A stretch of 61,584 nt of DNA from a virus (Duplodnaviria > Caudoviricetes): IMG/VR virus record IMGVR_UViG_3300025120_013662, positions 1-61,584 of that record; one strand, given 5' to 3'. Position numbers and translations under genes: made by a program. Below, in pieces: positions 29,170-41,400 of the stretch. The notes below the pieces were generated by a model, which searched no databases, had not been told where the DNA came from, and saw only the letters and a program-made list of their open reading frames with translations. Numbering within the stretch: the first letter of the stretch is position 1; every line of letters begins with the position of its first letter.

Positions 29170-30963
29170 ATGGCAAAAAAACCAATCAACTATACTAGTA
29201 GAGACTTCTCATCTATAAAAGATGATTTGGTTAACTATGCAAAGCGTTATTACCCAGATACTTTCAAGGATTTCAATGAGGCATCTTTCGGTGCGCTAAT
29301 GCTTGATATGGTTTCATATGTCGGCGATCAGTTGTCGTTCTATACTGATTTTCAAGCAAATGAAAGTTTCATAGATAGTGCAATACAATATGAGAACGTT
29401 GTCCGTCTTGCTAAACAAATGGGCTTTAAATTTCCGGGAGCAGCAACAGCATCTGGTGTTTGTTCTTTTTACGTGTTAGTGCCAGCCAATATAAACGGTA
29501 GAGGTCCAGATATAAATTATTTTCCGATTCTTCAGCGAGGATCTCTTTTATCTGCTGGTGGTGGTGCAGTATATACTCTTAATGAAAGTGTTGATTTTAC
29601 GGAATCTAGTAACGAAATAACTGTGGCCCGAGTAGATGAAAGCACTGGTGCTCCTACTTTTTTTGCCATAAAGGCTTTGGGAGAAGTAATTTCAGGACAA
29701 AGATTCTCAGACATTGTAACTGTTAGTGACTATGAGAGATTCAGAAGAATTCAACTTTCTAGAAAAAATATAACAGAAGTTATATCAATTAAAGATTCTC
29801 AAGGGCACGAATATTATGAAGTTGAGCATTTGTCTCAAGATGTAGTATATTTGGAATCTACCAATTACGAAACATCAAGAGAGGCAGTGCCGTACATTAT
29901 GAAAGTAAAGCCAGTTCCAAGAAGGTTTATAACTGAAAATGATACAAACGGCAATACCTTTGTTCAGTTTGGGTATGGATCGGAAGAAAACATCACAGGA
30001 GATCTTATAGTTGATCCTGCCGACGTTGTATTGGAAGTGTCCGGCAGAACTTATATATCTAGTCAGACCTTTGACCCTACAAATTTAATAAAATCAGATA
30101 AATTTGGTGTTGCTCCTACTGATACAACTTTGACAATCACATATGCAGCAAATACTGTAAATAATATCAACTCTGCTGTTAATTCAGTTACTTCTGTAAT
30201 AGACCCAATATTTACATTTAAAAATGAGTCTTCTCTTACTCGGGATATTATAAATATTGTAGAAACTTCTCTGGAGGTTACTAACGATACGCCAATACTT
30301 GGAGATTCATCTCAACTTTCGAAGGAAGAGATAAGAAATATGGCTTTCTCTACTTTCTCGTCACAGAATAGAGCAGTAACAAGATCTGATTATATAAACT
30401 TATGTTATAGAATGCCATCAAAGTTTGGAAAAATAAAACGAGTAAATGTAATCCAAGATAAAGATTCTTTTAAAAGAAATTTAAACATCTACATTCTTTC
30501 TGAGAATATAGCTGGAAATCTTACTGTTGCAAATTCTTTACTAAAACAAAATCTAAAAACTTGGTTATCATCGAAAAGAATGGTAAACGACACAGTAGAT
30601 ATTTTAGATGCAAACATTATTAATTATGGAATTGAGTTTGAAGTTTTGACAGATCTGAACGTAAACAGATTCCAAGTGCTTCAGGATTGTATACAATTTC
30701 TAAAAGATAATCTTCTAAACGTTAAGAGCGATATAGGTGAGGCATTGTATGTCTCAGAAATATATAAGCTACTTAACGAGGTAGAGGGCGTTACAGATGC
30801 TACTGACGTAAGGCTTGTGAACAAGATTGGTGGAGATTATAGTAACTATGTTTTTGATATTGATGAGAACTTATCAAATGATGGAAGATTTTTGATTGTT
30901 CCGGAAAATGCAGTTGCAGAGATTCTTATTCCGGATCAAGATATAACAGGAACAATTAAATAA
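29170..30963 (+). CDS. Baseplate wedge protein (T4 gp6 / baseplate J-like)
   Basis: INYTSRDFSSIKDDL, DFNEASFG...DMVSYVGD.LSFY.D, VQFGYG, QNRAVTRSDY. Confidence 0.9.
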   Translation: MAKKPINYTSRDFSSIKDDLVNYAKRYYPDTFKDFNEASFGALMLDMVSYVGDQLSFYTDFQANESFIDSAIQYENVVRLAKQMGFKFPGAATASGVCSFYVLVPANINGRGPDINYFPILQRGSLLSAGGGAVYTLNESVDFTESSNEITVARVDESTGAPTFFAIKALGEVISGQRFSDIVTVSDYERFRRIQLSRKNITEVISIKDSQGHEYYEVEHLSQDVVYLESTNYETSREAVPYIMKVKPVPRRFITENDTNGNTFVQFGYGSEENITGDLIVDPADVVLEVSGRTYISSQTFDPTNLIKSDKFGVAPTDTTLTITYAANTVNNINSAVNSVTSVIDPIFTFKNESSLTRDIINIVETSLEVTNDTPILGDSSQLSKEEIRNMAFSTFSSQNRAVTRSDYINLCYRMPSKFGKIKRVNVIQDKDSFKRNLNIYILSENIAGNLTVANSLLKQNLKTWLSSKRMVNDTVDILDANIINYGIEFEVLTDLNVNRFQVLQDCIQFLKDNLLNVKSDIGEALYVSEIYKLLNEVEGVTDATDVRLVNKIGGDYSNYVFDIDENLSNDGRFLIVPENAVAEILIPDQDITGTIK

Positions 30964-32444
30964 TGGCTATTAAGAGATATTTCCTAACAAAAGATACTAC
31001 AATAACAAACGCTTTTAAGTCAGACCTACTTACGAGAGGCACTGGTTCAAATATGGGTGCATCAGATATACTTGAAACTTTCGTTATCCATGGTCAGACA
31101 AGCGCTTCTGTTAATGCCACGAATGCTGAACAATCACGAGTGCTGGTACAGTTTCCTATAGTTCAATTGTTAGATGATATAACAACTGGTATAGTTCCAT
31201 CTAGTAGCGTGAGTTATCACTTGAGAATGTTTAATGCTCCTCACGGCGATACAACCCCCCTTAGTTATAGTTTAGATTTCTCTATGGTTAGTGGTGCTGC
31301 TTGGGCTGAAGGCCGAGGTCTCGATATGGAACAATATTCAGACTTGGGTGAAGCTAACTGGGTAGCCGCTATAGAGGGAACAAACTGGCAAGCAACTGGT
31401 GGCGACTATTATAGAAATGGTGCGTATAGCGCAAGTTATTTCTTTTCAGGAGGACTAGAAGATGTTGACCTGAACGTAGACTTTGCCATTAATAAGTGGC
31501 GATCCGGTGCGAACGCAAACTATGGATTATTACTGAAGCATAGGGACAATGTAATTTCAGGGAATGAAGGAACTTTTTATACTAAAAAGTTCTTTAGTCG
31601 AACTAGCGACTTTTTCTTCAAGAGGCCTTACCTTGAGGCAAGGTGGGATTCTTCAAGAAAAGATAACCGTGGCAATTGTGTCTTATCCAGTGCCCTTGCC
31701 CCTGCAAGTGATAACTTAAACACAATATTTTTATATAATAATATACGAGGAGAACTCAAAGATATACCTAGACTTGCTGGCCCCGGTCAAAAACTATTAG
31801 TTAGTTTTTATAGTAGCAGTGCAGGTGCCCCCACGGGCAACGTTTTGAGAGTCATAGATTCTAGCGGTGCTCTAGTAACTAATGTGACCGGAGGGTTACT
31901 GTCCGAAAATGGTGTAAATATAACCGGGACTTATAGTTGCTCTTTCGCCATTACCAGTAGTTTTGAATATGTTCAAGATGTTTGGCATTCAGGCGGAGTT
32001 GAATACTTTACAGGGTCGATTGTTCCTATTCCTATGTCTGCTAGCTATTTAATATATGAAGATGAGTATGTGACAGATGTTACAAATCTCAGAGATTCGT
32101 ACATTAGAGGACAGAAGCCAAGGCTAAGAGTCTTTTCTAGGAAGAAAAATTGGCAACCAAATATCTATTCAGTAGCAACAGCAGAAATAGAGCCAGAGAT
32201 TATTGAAAATTCTTTTTATCGTTTGTCTAGAACTATAGACAATCTTGAAATTATACCTTTTGGTACAGGAAGTCAAAATCATACCAGATTGTCATATGAT
32301 GTTAGCGGAAGTTATTTTGAATTGGACACTTCAACTTTAGAGTCTGGGTATTCTTATGATCTTCAATTTGTGTACCAACTTCAAGGGCAATACCGTCAGC
32401 AAACAGAAACTTTTAAGTTTAGAATAGAAGAAGAAGCCTTATGA
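30963..32444 (+). CDS. Putative virion structural protein (beta-sandwich, DNRLRE-like N-terminal part)
   Basis: KDTTITN...SRVLVQF...NYGLLLK...FFSR...RPYLEARWD. Directly follows the gp6-like gene. Confidence 0.55.
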   Translation: MAIKRYFLTKDTTITNAFKSDLLTRGTGSNMGASDILETFVIHGQTSASVNATNAEQSRVLVQFPIVQLLDDITTGIVPSSSVSYHLRMFNAPHGDTTPLSYSLDFSMVSGAAWAEGRGLDMEQYSDLGEANWVAAIEGTNWQATGGDYYRNGAYSASYFFSGGLEDVDLNVDFAINKWRSGANANYGLLLKHRDNVISGNEGTFYTKKFFSRTSDFFFKRPYLEARWDSSRKDNRGNCVLSSALAPASDNLNTIFLYNNIRGELKDIPRLAGPGQKLLVSFYSSSAGAPTGNVLRVIDSSGALVTNVTGGLLSENGVNITGTYSCSFAITSSFEYVQDVWHSGGVEYFTGSIVPIPMSASYLIYEDEYVTDVTNLRDSYIRGQKPRLRVFSRKKNWQPNIYSVATAEIEPEIIENSFYRLSRTIDNLEIIPFGTGSQNHTRLSYDVSGSYFELDTSTLESGYSYDLQFVYQLQGQYRQQTETFKFRIEEEAL

Positions 32445-35400
32445 CCAAGTCTAAACTGTTTCAAAACAGCAAGCAAGCAACTACAGTTGGGAAGTACTTA
32501 AAGAGTACATCGGCTGGTAACGTAGGCGAGGGGATAGAATCTTCTGCTCATCTTAGTGAAAGTATAAAGAGAATACAAACTTTTCTACCAGATACAAATT
32601 ATTCTGATCCGGAGAATTTTGTAAAATATGGCTCCGCAGAAAAATATTATAGGGATTCTTTTGATTACATAACAAACTATTATCCATATGATGGATCCGC
32701 CTTAGAAAAAGTAAAATTTTATAATGACTTAAATCCTCTTGAGAAATATATTTTTGAGGAAAAATACCCAACAGCAACTGGGTTTATATCGATTGGTTCG
32801 GATTATGGAACACCAGTATCTCATTCTTCGGGCTACTTTGCGCCTCAAGATTCAACTTATAACCAATACCTTCAGGCCAAAGGTGGTCCATATTCTGGAA
32901 CTATTTATTCTACTTCAGATTATCGGGTAAATAATTTAGGATTTTGTGGACCTTCCGGTTCCACTGTTGAATTCTTTTTAAGAAAAAATAATACTGGGGA
33001 TGGATATCCTGCGGGATCTGTTTCTGGTAAAGAAGTGGTTGTTGATATATGGAACGGAGTAACCTCATCGGCACCGTCATTCGGGAGGATGACAATTTTA
33101 TGCAAATCAGGTTCGCAGGATAGATTTTATGTAACACTACAATCAGGCACCCACGGTGCCGGTGTTGCAGGTGTTCAGGAGCTTCCTGTTCCTACCACTG
33201 GTGGATTAAATATTGCTGATGGTCAGTGGAGAAATTATTCGTTTGCTTTCGCTAATAGCGGTTCGAATACAATGCTTGATTTTTATGTAAACGGACAATG
33301 TGTTGGCCCTCAAATAAATATTAACTCACTTATTGGAGAAGTCACGGGTGCTTTAGTAGCTAATATAGGATCATTGCGTGGTGATGTTTATGGTCCAAAT
33401 AATAAAAACCGAGGCGCTCTAGAGGGCTATGGAAAGCTTACAGGCTCTATCGACGAATTTAGATTTTGGAAAAAAAGCCGTTCGGGCGAAGAGATAGGAA
33501 GACATTGGTTTACTGGGGTTCACGGCGGCGCAGATAAGCACCTTGCTAATGTTGATCTGGGTCTTTATTATAAATTTAATGAAGGTATAACTTTAACAAG
33601 TAGTATAGATCAGATTGCTCTTGATTATTCTGGTCGTGTATCAAATGGATCGATTATAGGATATGATGCTCAAGTAAGAAATACTGGATCTTCTATCAAT
33701 GAGCTATCTTTGTCCTCCATAAGAGAGGTTGAGGACCCAATAGTAAGAAGTTCTAATATAAAAGTACTGGAAGATAAAAATATATTAGTAACTTCAGGTA
33801 GTAACTATGATTATACTAACAATTCAAGAATTATAAATTCTATTCCTTCTTGGATCGTAGAAGAGGATGAAAATAACGGGGGAGAACTATCTTCTTTATC
33901 TCAGATCGTTTCGAGCTATTTTGACACTTTGTTTGGACAAATAACGGCACTAAGAAGAATAAAAGACAAACAATATGTTTCTGGTTCTATCTCTGGCAGT
34001 ATAAACGAATTCCCACACAATGAAAGATTAATTCAGGGTATGGGACTAGAGGCTCCTGAAATATTTGAAAACATTGGCGCTCTGGAATTATATTCACAGA
34101 GAGATGAGCAAATTAATTTTGATCAGCCTATATCAAATATTAAAAATTCAATCTATAAAAATCTATACAACAATTTAAATGAAATATATAAATCAAAAGG
34201 TACAGCCGAAGCAATAAGAAATTATATACGATGTTATGGAGTAGGAGAAGATATAATCTCTCTGAACGCATATGGAAATAATGTTGAATATTTTTTACAG
34301 AGCAACTATAAAGCTGGCACTACTCCTAAGAAGTATGCTGATTTTTCAGGACGTAGACGTAGATCAGACGTTACAGCTTCAATCTATCAGTATTATGATT
34401 CTAACGTTCAGGGTTCCCATGGAATAATTGCCGGAACTCATGCATCCGCTTCAGCCTTTACAATTGAGTATGAAGCTCTCTTTCCAGATAATTCAGTAAT
34501 CGATAATTTAGAGCACGACCCAGTTGAAGTAGTTACAGCATCTTTATTTGGATTTCACACCCCAAGAGGCGCTTTCAGCGCTTCAGTATCTGAAGTAGAT
34601 GACCTTACATGGCATTCAATGGGGGGACCTATAAAAGATGATGGTCTACAGGTTTATGCAATTAAATCTCCTGCGGAATTTGCAGAAGTGTCAAATCCTG
34701 CACATAAGGTAAGAGACGTTTATTTTGCTGTTAAGAACAGGGCTGGAACAACTCTCCTGACTAGTGATATTTATCGTAATGTTTATAGTGACCAGAAATG
34801 GAATTTAGCACTTAGCGTAAGGAATGAATTATACCCCTTCGCTCAGGAAGTAAGCGGAACAACTATAGGTTCTGCTGCCGCTAAGAAAAACCATAAGTTT
34901 ATTCTAGAACTTTACGGATCAAATTATGACGGTGGTACCAAAAGAGAGAGCTTCAAAACCACCACTACTTTGCAGTGGCCAAGTGGCTCCGCTGAAATAA
35001 CATCTTCTAAAAGACTGTATATGGGTGCCCACAGAACAAACTATACAGGAACTGTTTTGGAAAATTCTGATGTTCACGGAACTAGTTTAAGATATTGGAC
35101 TGATTACTTACCAACAGGGACAGTTGATCTTCACGCTCGTGATGCTGATAGCTATGGAAGATTAAATCCATATAGACAAGCCTATAGTTTTCAGACGCCA
35201 AATAGACCAGCAGCTTACATACCAGAAATCTCAACGTTGGCTTTAAACTGGGATTTTGCAAATGTAACAGGCTCAGACGCATCTGGAAGATTTCTGGTAT
35301 CTGATTTTTCTTCGGGGTCGTTTGCTCCAGAGATCGCCGCTACAGCATTAATTACAATCACAGGAGCAGGGGATCTAGTAGATGGTCAAAAATTCACTAT

Positions 35401-38400
35401 TAGAGACACCGCCGGAAGAGATCATACTTTTGCAATCGAAGACGCAAATGATAATACGGCAAATAATCTTATCGGTGTTGATACGGCTCAGGGCGATGAT
35501 GATGATGGCGCAGCAGCAGTTCAGTTTGCCGCAGCTATAAACGCCGGAACTTGTGCAACTACAATAACTGCTGTACGTGCTGGAGCGACAGTTATTTTAA
35601 CTCAAGATGTAGTCGGCGCTCGTGGCAATAGGTCCAACGATGATGCCGCTGCCGGAGTTACTGTAGGTGATTTCACCGGGGGCAAGGATAGTTATGAGTC
35701 AAGCTACCAAGGAATTCTTAGTGACATAAATTTACGTCAACATACGGGTAGGGGAGATTTCTTTGCTCCAAATGATACCCCAATAAGAAAACAATATGTT
35801 TATACTGAAAAACTACAATTACCAGAATATGTGACTGACGACGATATGATCCGCATCCTAGACAAAGATGTTGATACCTTTACGCTCGAAAGTCGTCCAA
35901 TGAATTACTTTTTTGCTCTAGAGAAAAGTGTTTACCAAAGTGTATCTAAGAGAATGCTACAGATGTTTGCATCAATCGATGAGTTTAATAATCTTATTGG
36001 AGAGCCAGTAAACAAATATAGGGGCAGATACAAATCTCTAGAAAAACTAAGAGAACTTTTCTTTAGGAATGTTTCTTCTGACAGGGTAGATTTACAAAAA
36101 TATGTAGCTTTCTATAAGTGGATCGACTCATCTATGGGACGAATGATAGAAGAGATGTTCCCTGCTTCTGCTCGTGTTGCAGACAATGTTAGAACAGTTA
36201 TTGAAAGTCACGCTCTTGAAAGATCAAAGATTTCTTATAAATATCCCGGAAGCAGTAAGAGGTATTTCCCAATTCTTTCTGGTACAGCAAAAAGCAATGG
36301 TGGTAGTGTTTGTATCGATACTCCCGGCTGGAAGTTTAATCACGCTCCAGTAAACAGAAAACAAAGTACAAATGCTTATTGGTGGAAATATCGAGCACCA
36401 AGAAATAGTATTCCTACTCCAGAAACTAATGTAAGTTGGATAACTGATGGAAGACAAACCGTATTTAATGCCTTAAGAAGAGAAGTTTCTGGAAGTCAAT
36501 TAGTCTGCGTATCTTCCGATATTTTAATGGGTAATAAAGAATATTTTAATAAAGTAAATAACATAACAGACTTTACTTTTGGAGAGTTTAAGCCTTTACC
36601 TGATATTGTTGATGCTATAGAACCAAATACTAAAAAAGAATTTCCATTTTTTGCTTCTCTTATAAAATCTACGGATGGAGATGCTGGAACTTTCTCAGGC
36701 AAGATGATTGCACCATTTAGAGCTATTAGCTCCTCTATTGAAACAGGAATTTTTGGTAATATTGGCGGCACTATCAAAAATGTTGATTTTGTTAATCTTC
36801 ACAATGATGAAGTCTATAACAAAGATATTGGAACCCCTATGCAAGGACCCTATACTAACGAGCACGTTGGTGGGATTCAAGCAAGACATAATAGACCTTT
36901 GCGTCTGAACAATATAACGACCAAAAGAAAAGAGTCATTCAACCTCTTGGTGGCTCCCGCTACAGGGGCTTTTACAACAATAGAAGTTACAGACGATGGA
37001 TCTTTCAGTATAGATGATTATCACGGTAAAACTATAACTCTATCTGCCGGAGGAGTTGATTATAGCGCAACAGTAAGTAAAACGACTGCTGCTGCATCAA
37101 CCTCTAAAACAGTCATAGGTATTTCAGGATCTTCAAACAAAGGATTAGTCGCACAATCTTTAATGGGCAGTCTGCTCGCATCTATTAATGCGGATGGTCT
37201 TCCTGTAACCGTAGAATTTACGGACTCAGGTGCTACTGCTAGTAAAATTAAAGTTACAAGCTTGGCTCTCGATAATTCTATGGACGCAATAGCTTTTGCT
37301 GGAACTTGGCCATCTACGGATGCCTTAATGGAGCCTAATCCTCCTACTTTCACCTTCTTGGCGAATGGAACAGCCGATGTCTTTAGGAACCTTGCTGGGT
37401 CATTAAAGACTAGTGCCGTAGGATTTGAAGATATATCTCATGGGCAATACTTCAGGGGTGGTGGAGTAAAGTCACCAGTAAACATTTCGAATATAGCATC
37501 CATAACAGGGTCTACCGGTATAGACGTTTCTTCTGGTGCTGGTGTCAAAACATTAGGAAACTTTTCAAACAAGTATGAAGTTGTACACGGTTTTGGTCGA
37601 GAATTTGCTAATATGGACTTTGTATTTAATAACAGTTCTTATTACAGTTCTGGAATCCCAAGTGCCTTTCTAACTACTCCGTCAATGCGTACTGTCTCTA
37701 CTCAAACAGGTTCGGCAGACTATGATGCGCCTAGGCAACGATCAGCTAGAATAACAAATAAAACTATTATTGCTACTCGATTTGCTGCGCCCGGAAGTAA
37801 GTTAGATTCAAAACAACAGTTCCGTGATGTAGCTTCGGATCAAATGTCCCCGAATAATGCGCTACCATTTCGAAACTTGGGAGTTAGAAAACCATATTTA
37901 GGAGCATTAAACAGTCACACTAGATGGGGTGGCTTCTCTGGTTCCAGTCCTTTTGTTCTTGATACTTTTAGAGCCGACGATAGCCATGGCTTCTTTGGTC
38001 GTCAGGAGCCATTAAAAGAGTTAAATGATGGACTTGATCTTTTCGGGTTTGCTGCTTGTTCTATAACATTTTCTAATGCTCAGTTTGCTAACGGAAACAC
38101 CTTGACGTTAAACGTCGCAGGACACACATATTCAGCAGCGGTGAATACATCTGTAAATCCGGGCTCCTCAACTGTTACGGTAATAGGTTTAAATGGCGTA
38201 TCATCTGGCGGCGGCGGTGCGAATGATGCAGCTATTGCTACAGCATTAGCTACAAGCCTTTCTCAATGGGTTTCACAATTGGTGGGCGGCGCACAAAGGC
38301 CGTTCGTGCCGATATTGGCTTCAAATGTAGTAAGAGTTCTAAGAAAAGACATGGGTGGCTCGGAAGACGGAAAGGTTTTTGAAGGAGCACTTACAGGAAA

Positions 38401-41400
38401 GACTGGTGTTTCTGTAGCGGGCTTTGCCGCAGTTGACCCAACTACACTCGCAGCTTCAGCCTACCAAAAGGCATCTGCGATGCCTCATCATAAGACCCAG
38501 AGAAATGCCGTAGAAAGAATAAGGCTTGGACTAGCACCTTCATTCCCCCCACAGTTTCCACCAGAGTCTTCTAGATTAATATCGGGATCAACTTTTGATA
38601 CCGGTTTAATTACGAGACCAATACCACAAGCAGATAGGTCAAGCTGGTTCCAATCACTTTCGGGTTCAGATTATAACAATTATCAAAGCTATGTTATTTC
38701 AAGTTCAAGATATCCATCTAGCATAACGATCCCTTCGGCATCTTTGACAACACCGGGAGCGCATGCATTGGGCGCTATTATCGTTGTTGGCAACACTTCA
38801 TCTGACTGGGATGGAAAAACTATAGATATTGAAGATGCTCTTTCAAAAGCTACAAGGTTTACGGCTGACGATAGTGTGGCGTATGGTGCATTCAGTCGAA
38901 CTGCTGGTAATCCAGTTGTATATACATACGGTGTCGATGCTGATGGCGGCGTTGAAAATAAAGCGTTCGTTGCCGGCTCGTTGTTATTAGCTATGGAGGC
39001 AGCTAACGCTGCAAATGATATGGCAATAACAGTTAGTATAGATCAATCAGGAGCGAACCCTATCATTGGTCTTCGCCAAACTTATAGAGGAACCGCAGGA
39101 AACAATACGATCGAGGGAACTGCGTTTGAGGGCGGTGGCTCTCTTGCCGGTGCGTCGGGCTTTGCTAATGGCAGTAACGATGTGCCAATATTGGCTGAAT
39201 TAGGGCAAGCACCATTTAGTGGGACAACATTCCAAAACCCCCGGAGTGGCGGTGATCCTGTATATGTTGGTAGGTATTTAACTTCATTTTTCTCTGCAAG
39301 TTACTCCGTCCTGACCGGATCTGGTGGACAGCGTGAGTTTCCTTGGTCTAGGCAAATAGGCTTTGTGCCATGGCAACAGCTTCGAGCAGGCAATACTAAC
39401 CTAGGGAGATACTACCGGCAGAACAATCTTTATGAAATTTCACCAGCTAGATACGCTCCTACCTTTTTGGCAAATGGTCAAGAACAAATGAACACAACCC
39501 CCCAAACACAACTTGGGGTACCTTTTAGGGCGCATTATGACCGTTTAAACAACGACCCAGCTAACTTCCCGGCTACGGCTGGAATATACTATAAAGACCA
39601 ACGAGCAGTCAAGAAAAGAGTCTTGAAATCGTTTATCGAGCCACCTGTTACTTCAAAATACAAGCCTTTGTTACATCAAATATCAACGTTCCGGGGGATT
39701 GCGGATGCCAATATAGCAACTTCAGATAAAAAATCTGATGTTTCTTTGTTGTATTCTTATGGGAACACGTTAATGGGATTTGCTAATAAAGATTTAAATA
39801 TTGAGATTGGATCACAGAAAAATAAAAATCATCTTTTAGGTTCGATAAGAAGGCCTTATGAGATATTAAGAGACAATTATATCGAAAACGTGATGTCTGG
39901 CACAGACGGTGTTAATATTATAAAAATGTTTGTATACTCGGAAACAATTTATCCAAAGGACAGGTATGGATATTTATCAGGTACTCGAAGCCGCCGAGCA
40001 TTCAAAAATAGATTTTGGCGAGATGATATTTCTTTTGATGAAAATTTAAAAACTTCTGGCATCGGCGGGACCACTGCTGTGAACTCAGCAGGGCTCTTTA
40101 GCACCATTGCTATAAGTAGATTTAATAGACAAATGAAAAGAATGGAGGTAGGAGTTCTTCCAACTCCAAATTCATCATCTCAGGGTGCTGTTTATATGTC
40201 ATCTCAACAAATATGGGGCGAAACAACGGGTTCATCCGCCTTAGAGGCATTATATGGTTCCGCTTCTATCTGGCCAATGGACTCATATCTATATTCTGAC
40301 GCAGTGGCAGCCAATGAATTTACATCAACCGGATCATATCCGGTGGGTATTGTGGGTAATCTTGCTGCTGGAGAACTAATGACGCCATGGCACGGGAGAC
40401 CTATACAGGATACTGCTAGCGATGCAGCGTATAAGCTTTATGCTGAATCTCAGTTCATAGGAGCACAATATATTTACACGGTGCCGTGGATTGATGGATC
40501 TCCTAGTAATACTAGAAGTTTCCTAGGTTATGCACCGGGTGCGGCTATAACAAGACCACCTTGGACAGCAGGAAGGGAGAGAAGGTTTGTCGATGGACCA
40601 ACTAAGGGACAACTCAACGAGGGCCGAGCACCTTTTTATGACACTTATGAAACTTGGGCAGACGATGTAAGAGCGCAGGGGCAAGGACATACAATTATTC
40701 CAGAGTTCAGAATTAGTGAACATGTGGAGGCTTATTCTACAGGTAGTGCGGATCAAGAAGTCCGCCGAGTTCTTGAACTAACTGGAGCCAGTCTTGGTGT
40801 TTCTACCGGCGAACAGTCTACATTTATTGATAGGTATTCACAAACTGATAAGCTTGAGTTCCTTGACACATTTATAAAAAATGGTAGTAAAGATTTATCT
40901 TTTAACAAATACCCAAAACACTTAGAGCTAAAAACTGATGCTATTGTAAAGCTTTTGCCTTACGATGGTTTTTATCCGGTACTTAGAACTGTGCAAATCG
41001 CAACGATGTTCTCTCAGTCGTATACTAAGACAAAACCACATTACCAAACAGGGGAAAATGACGTTTGGGTTGTTGGCTATTCAGGTGCTTCGGGATCTAT
41101 ATTCAAACCAGATAGTTTTAGACCTTTGCTTCGTCCGTTTTTTGCTCCCGGAATTTTGTATAATTCAATTAAATCTGGACTAGCTGTAGACTATCCCATC
41201 CGCCGTGGCGGATTAGGAACTAGGGGTGATGATGGTCAATTCCATAGAATTAGTAACTATTTGACTAATACAAATTCTGCTGGTTTCCAAGCTCTTCAGG
41301 GTCCTCTAAGTGGCGCATTATGGACTTCTGGAACAGCAGACTCAAGCAGGTATGTGGGTCAAATTCCGGGGAACACAAGAAGAAGATCAAATGGACAATT

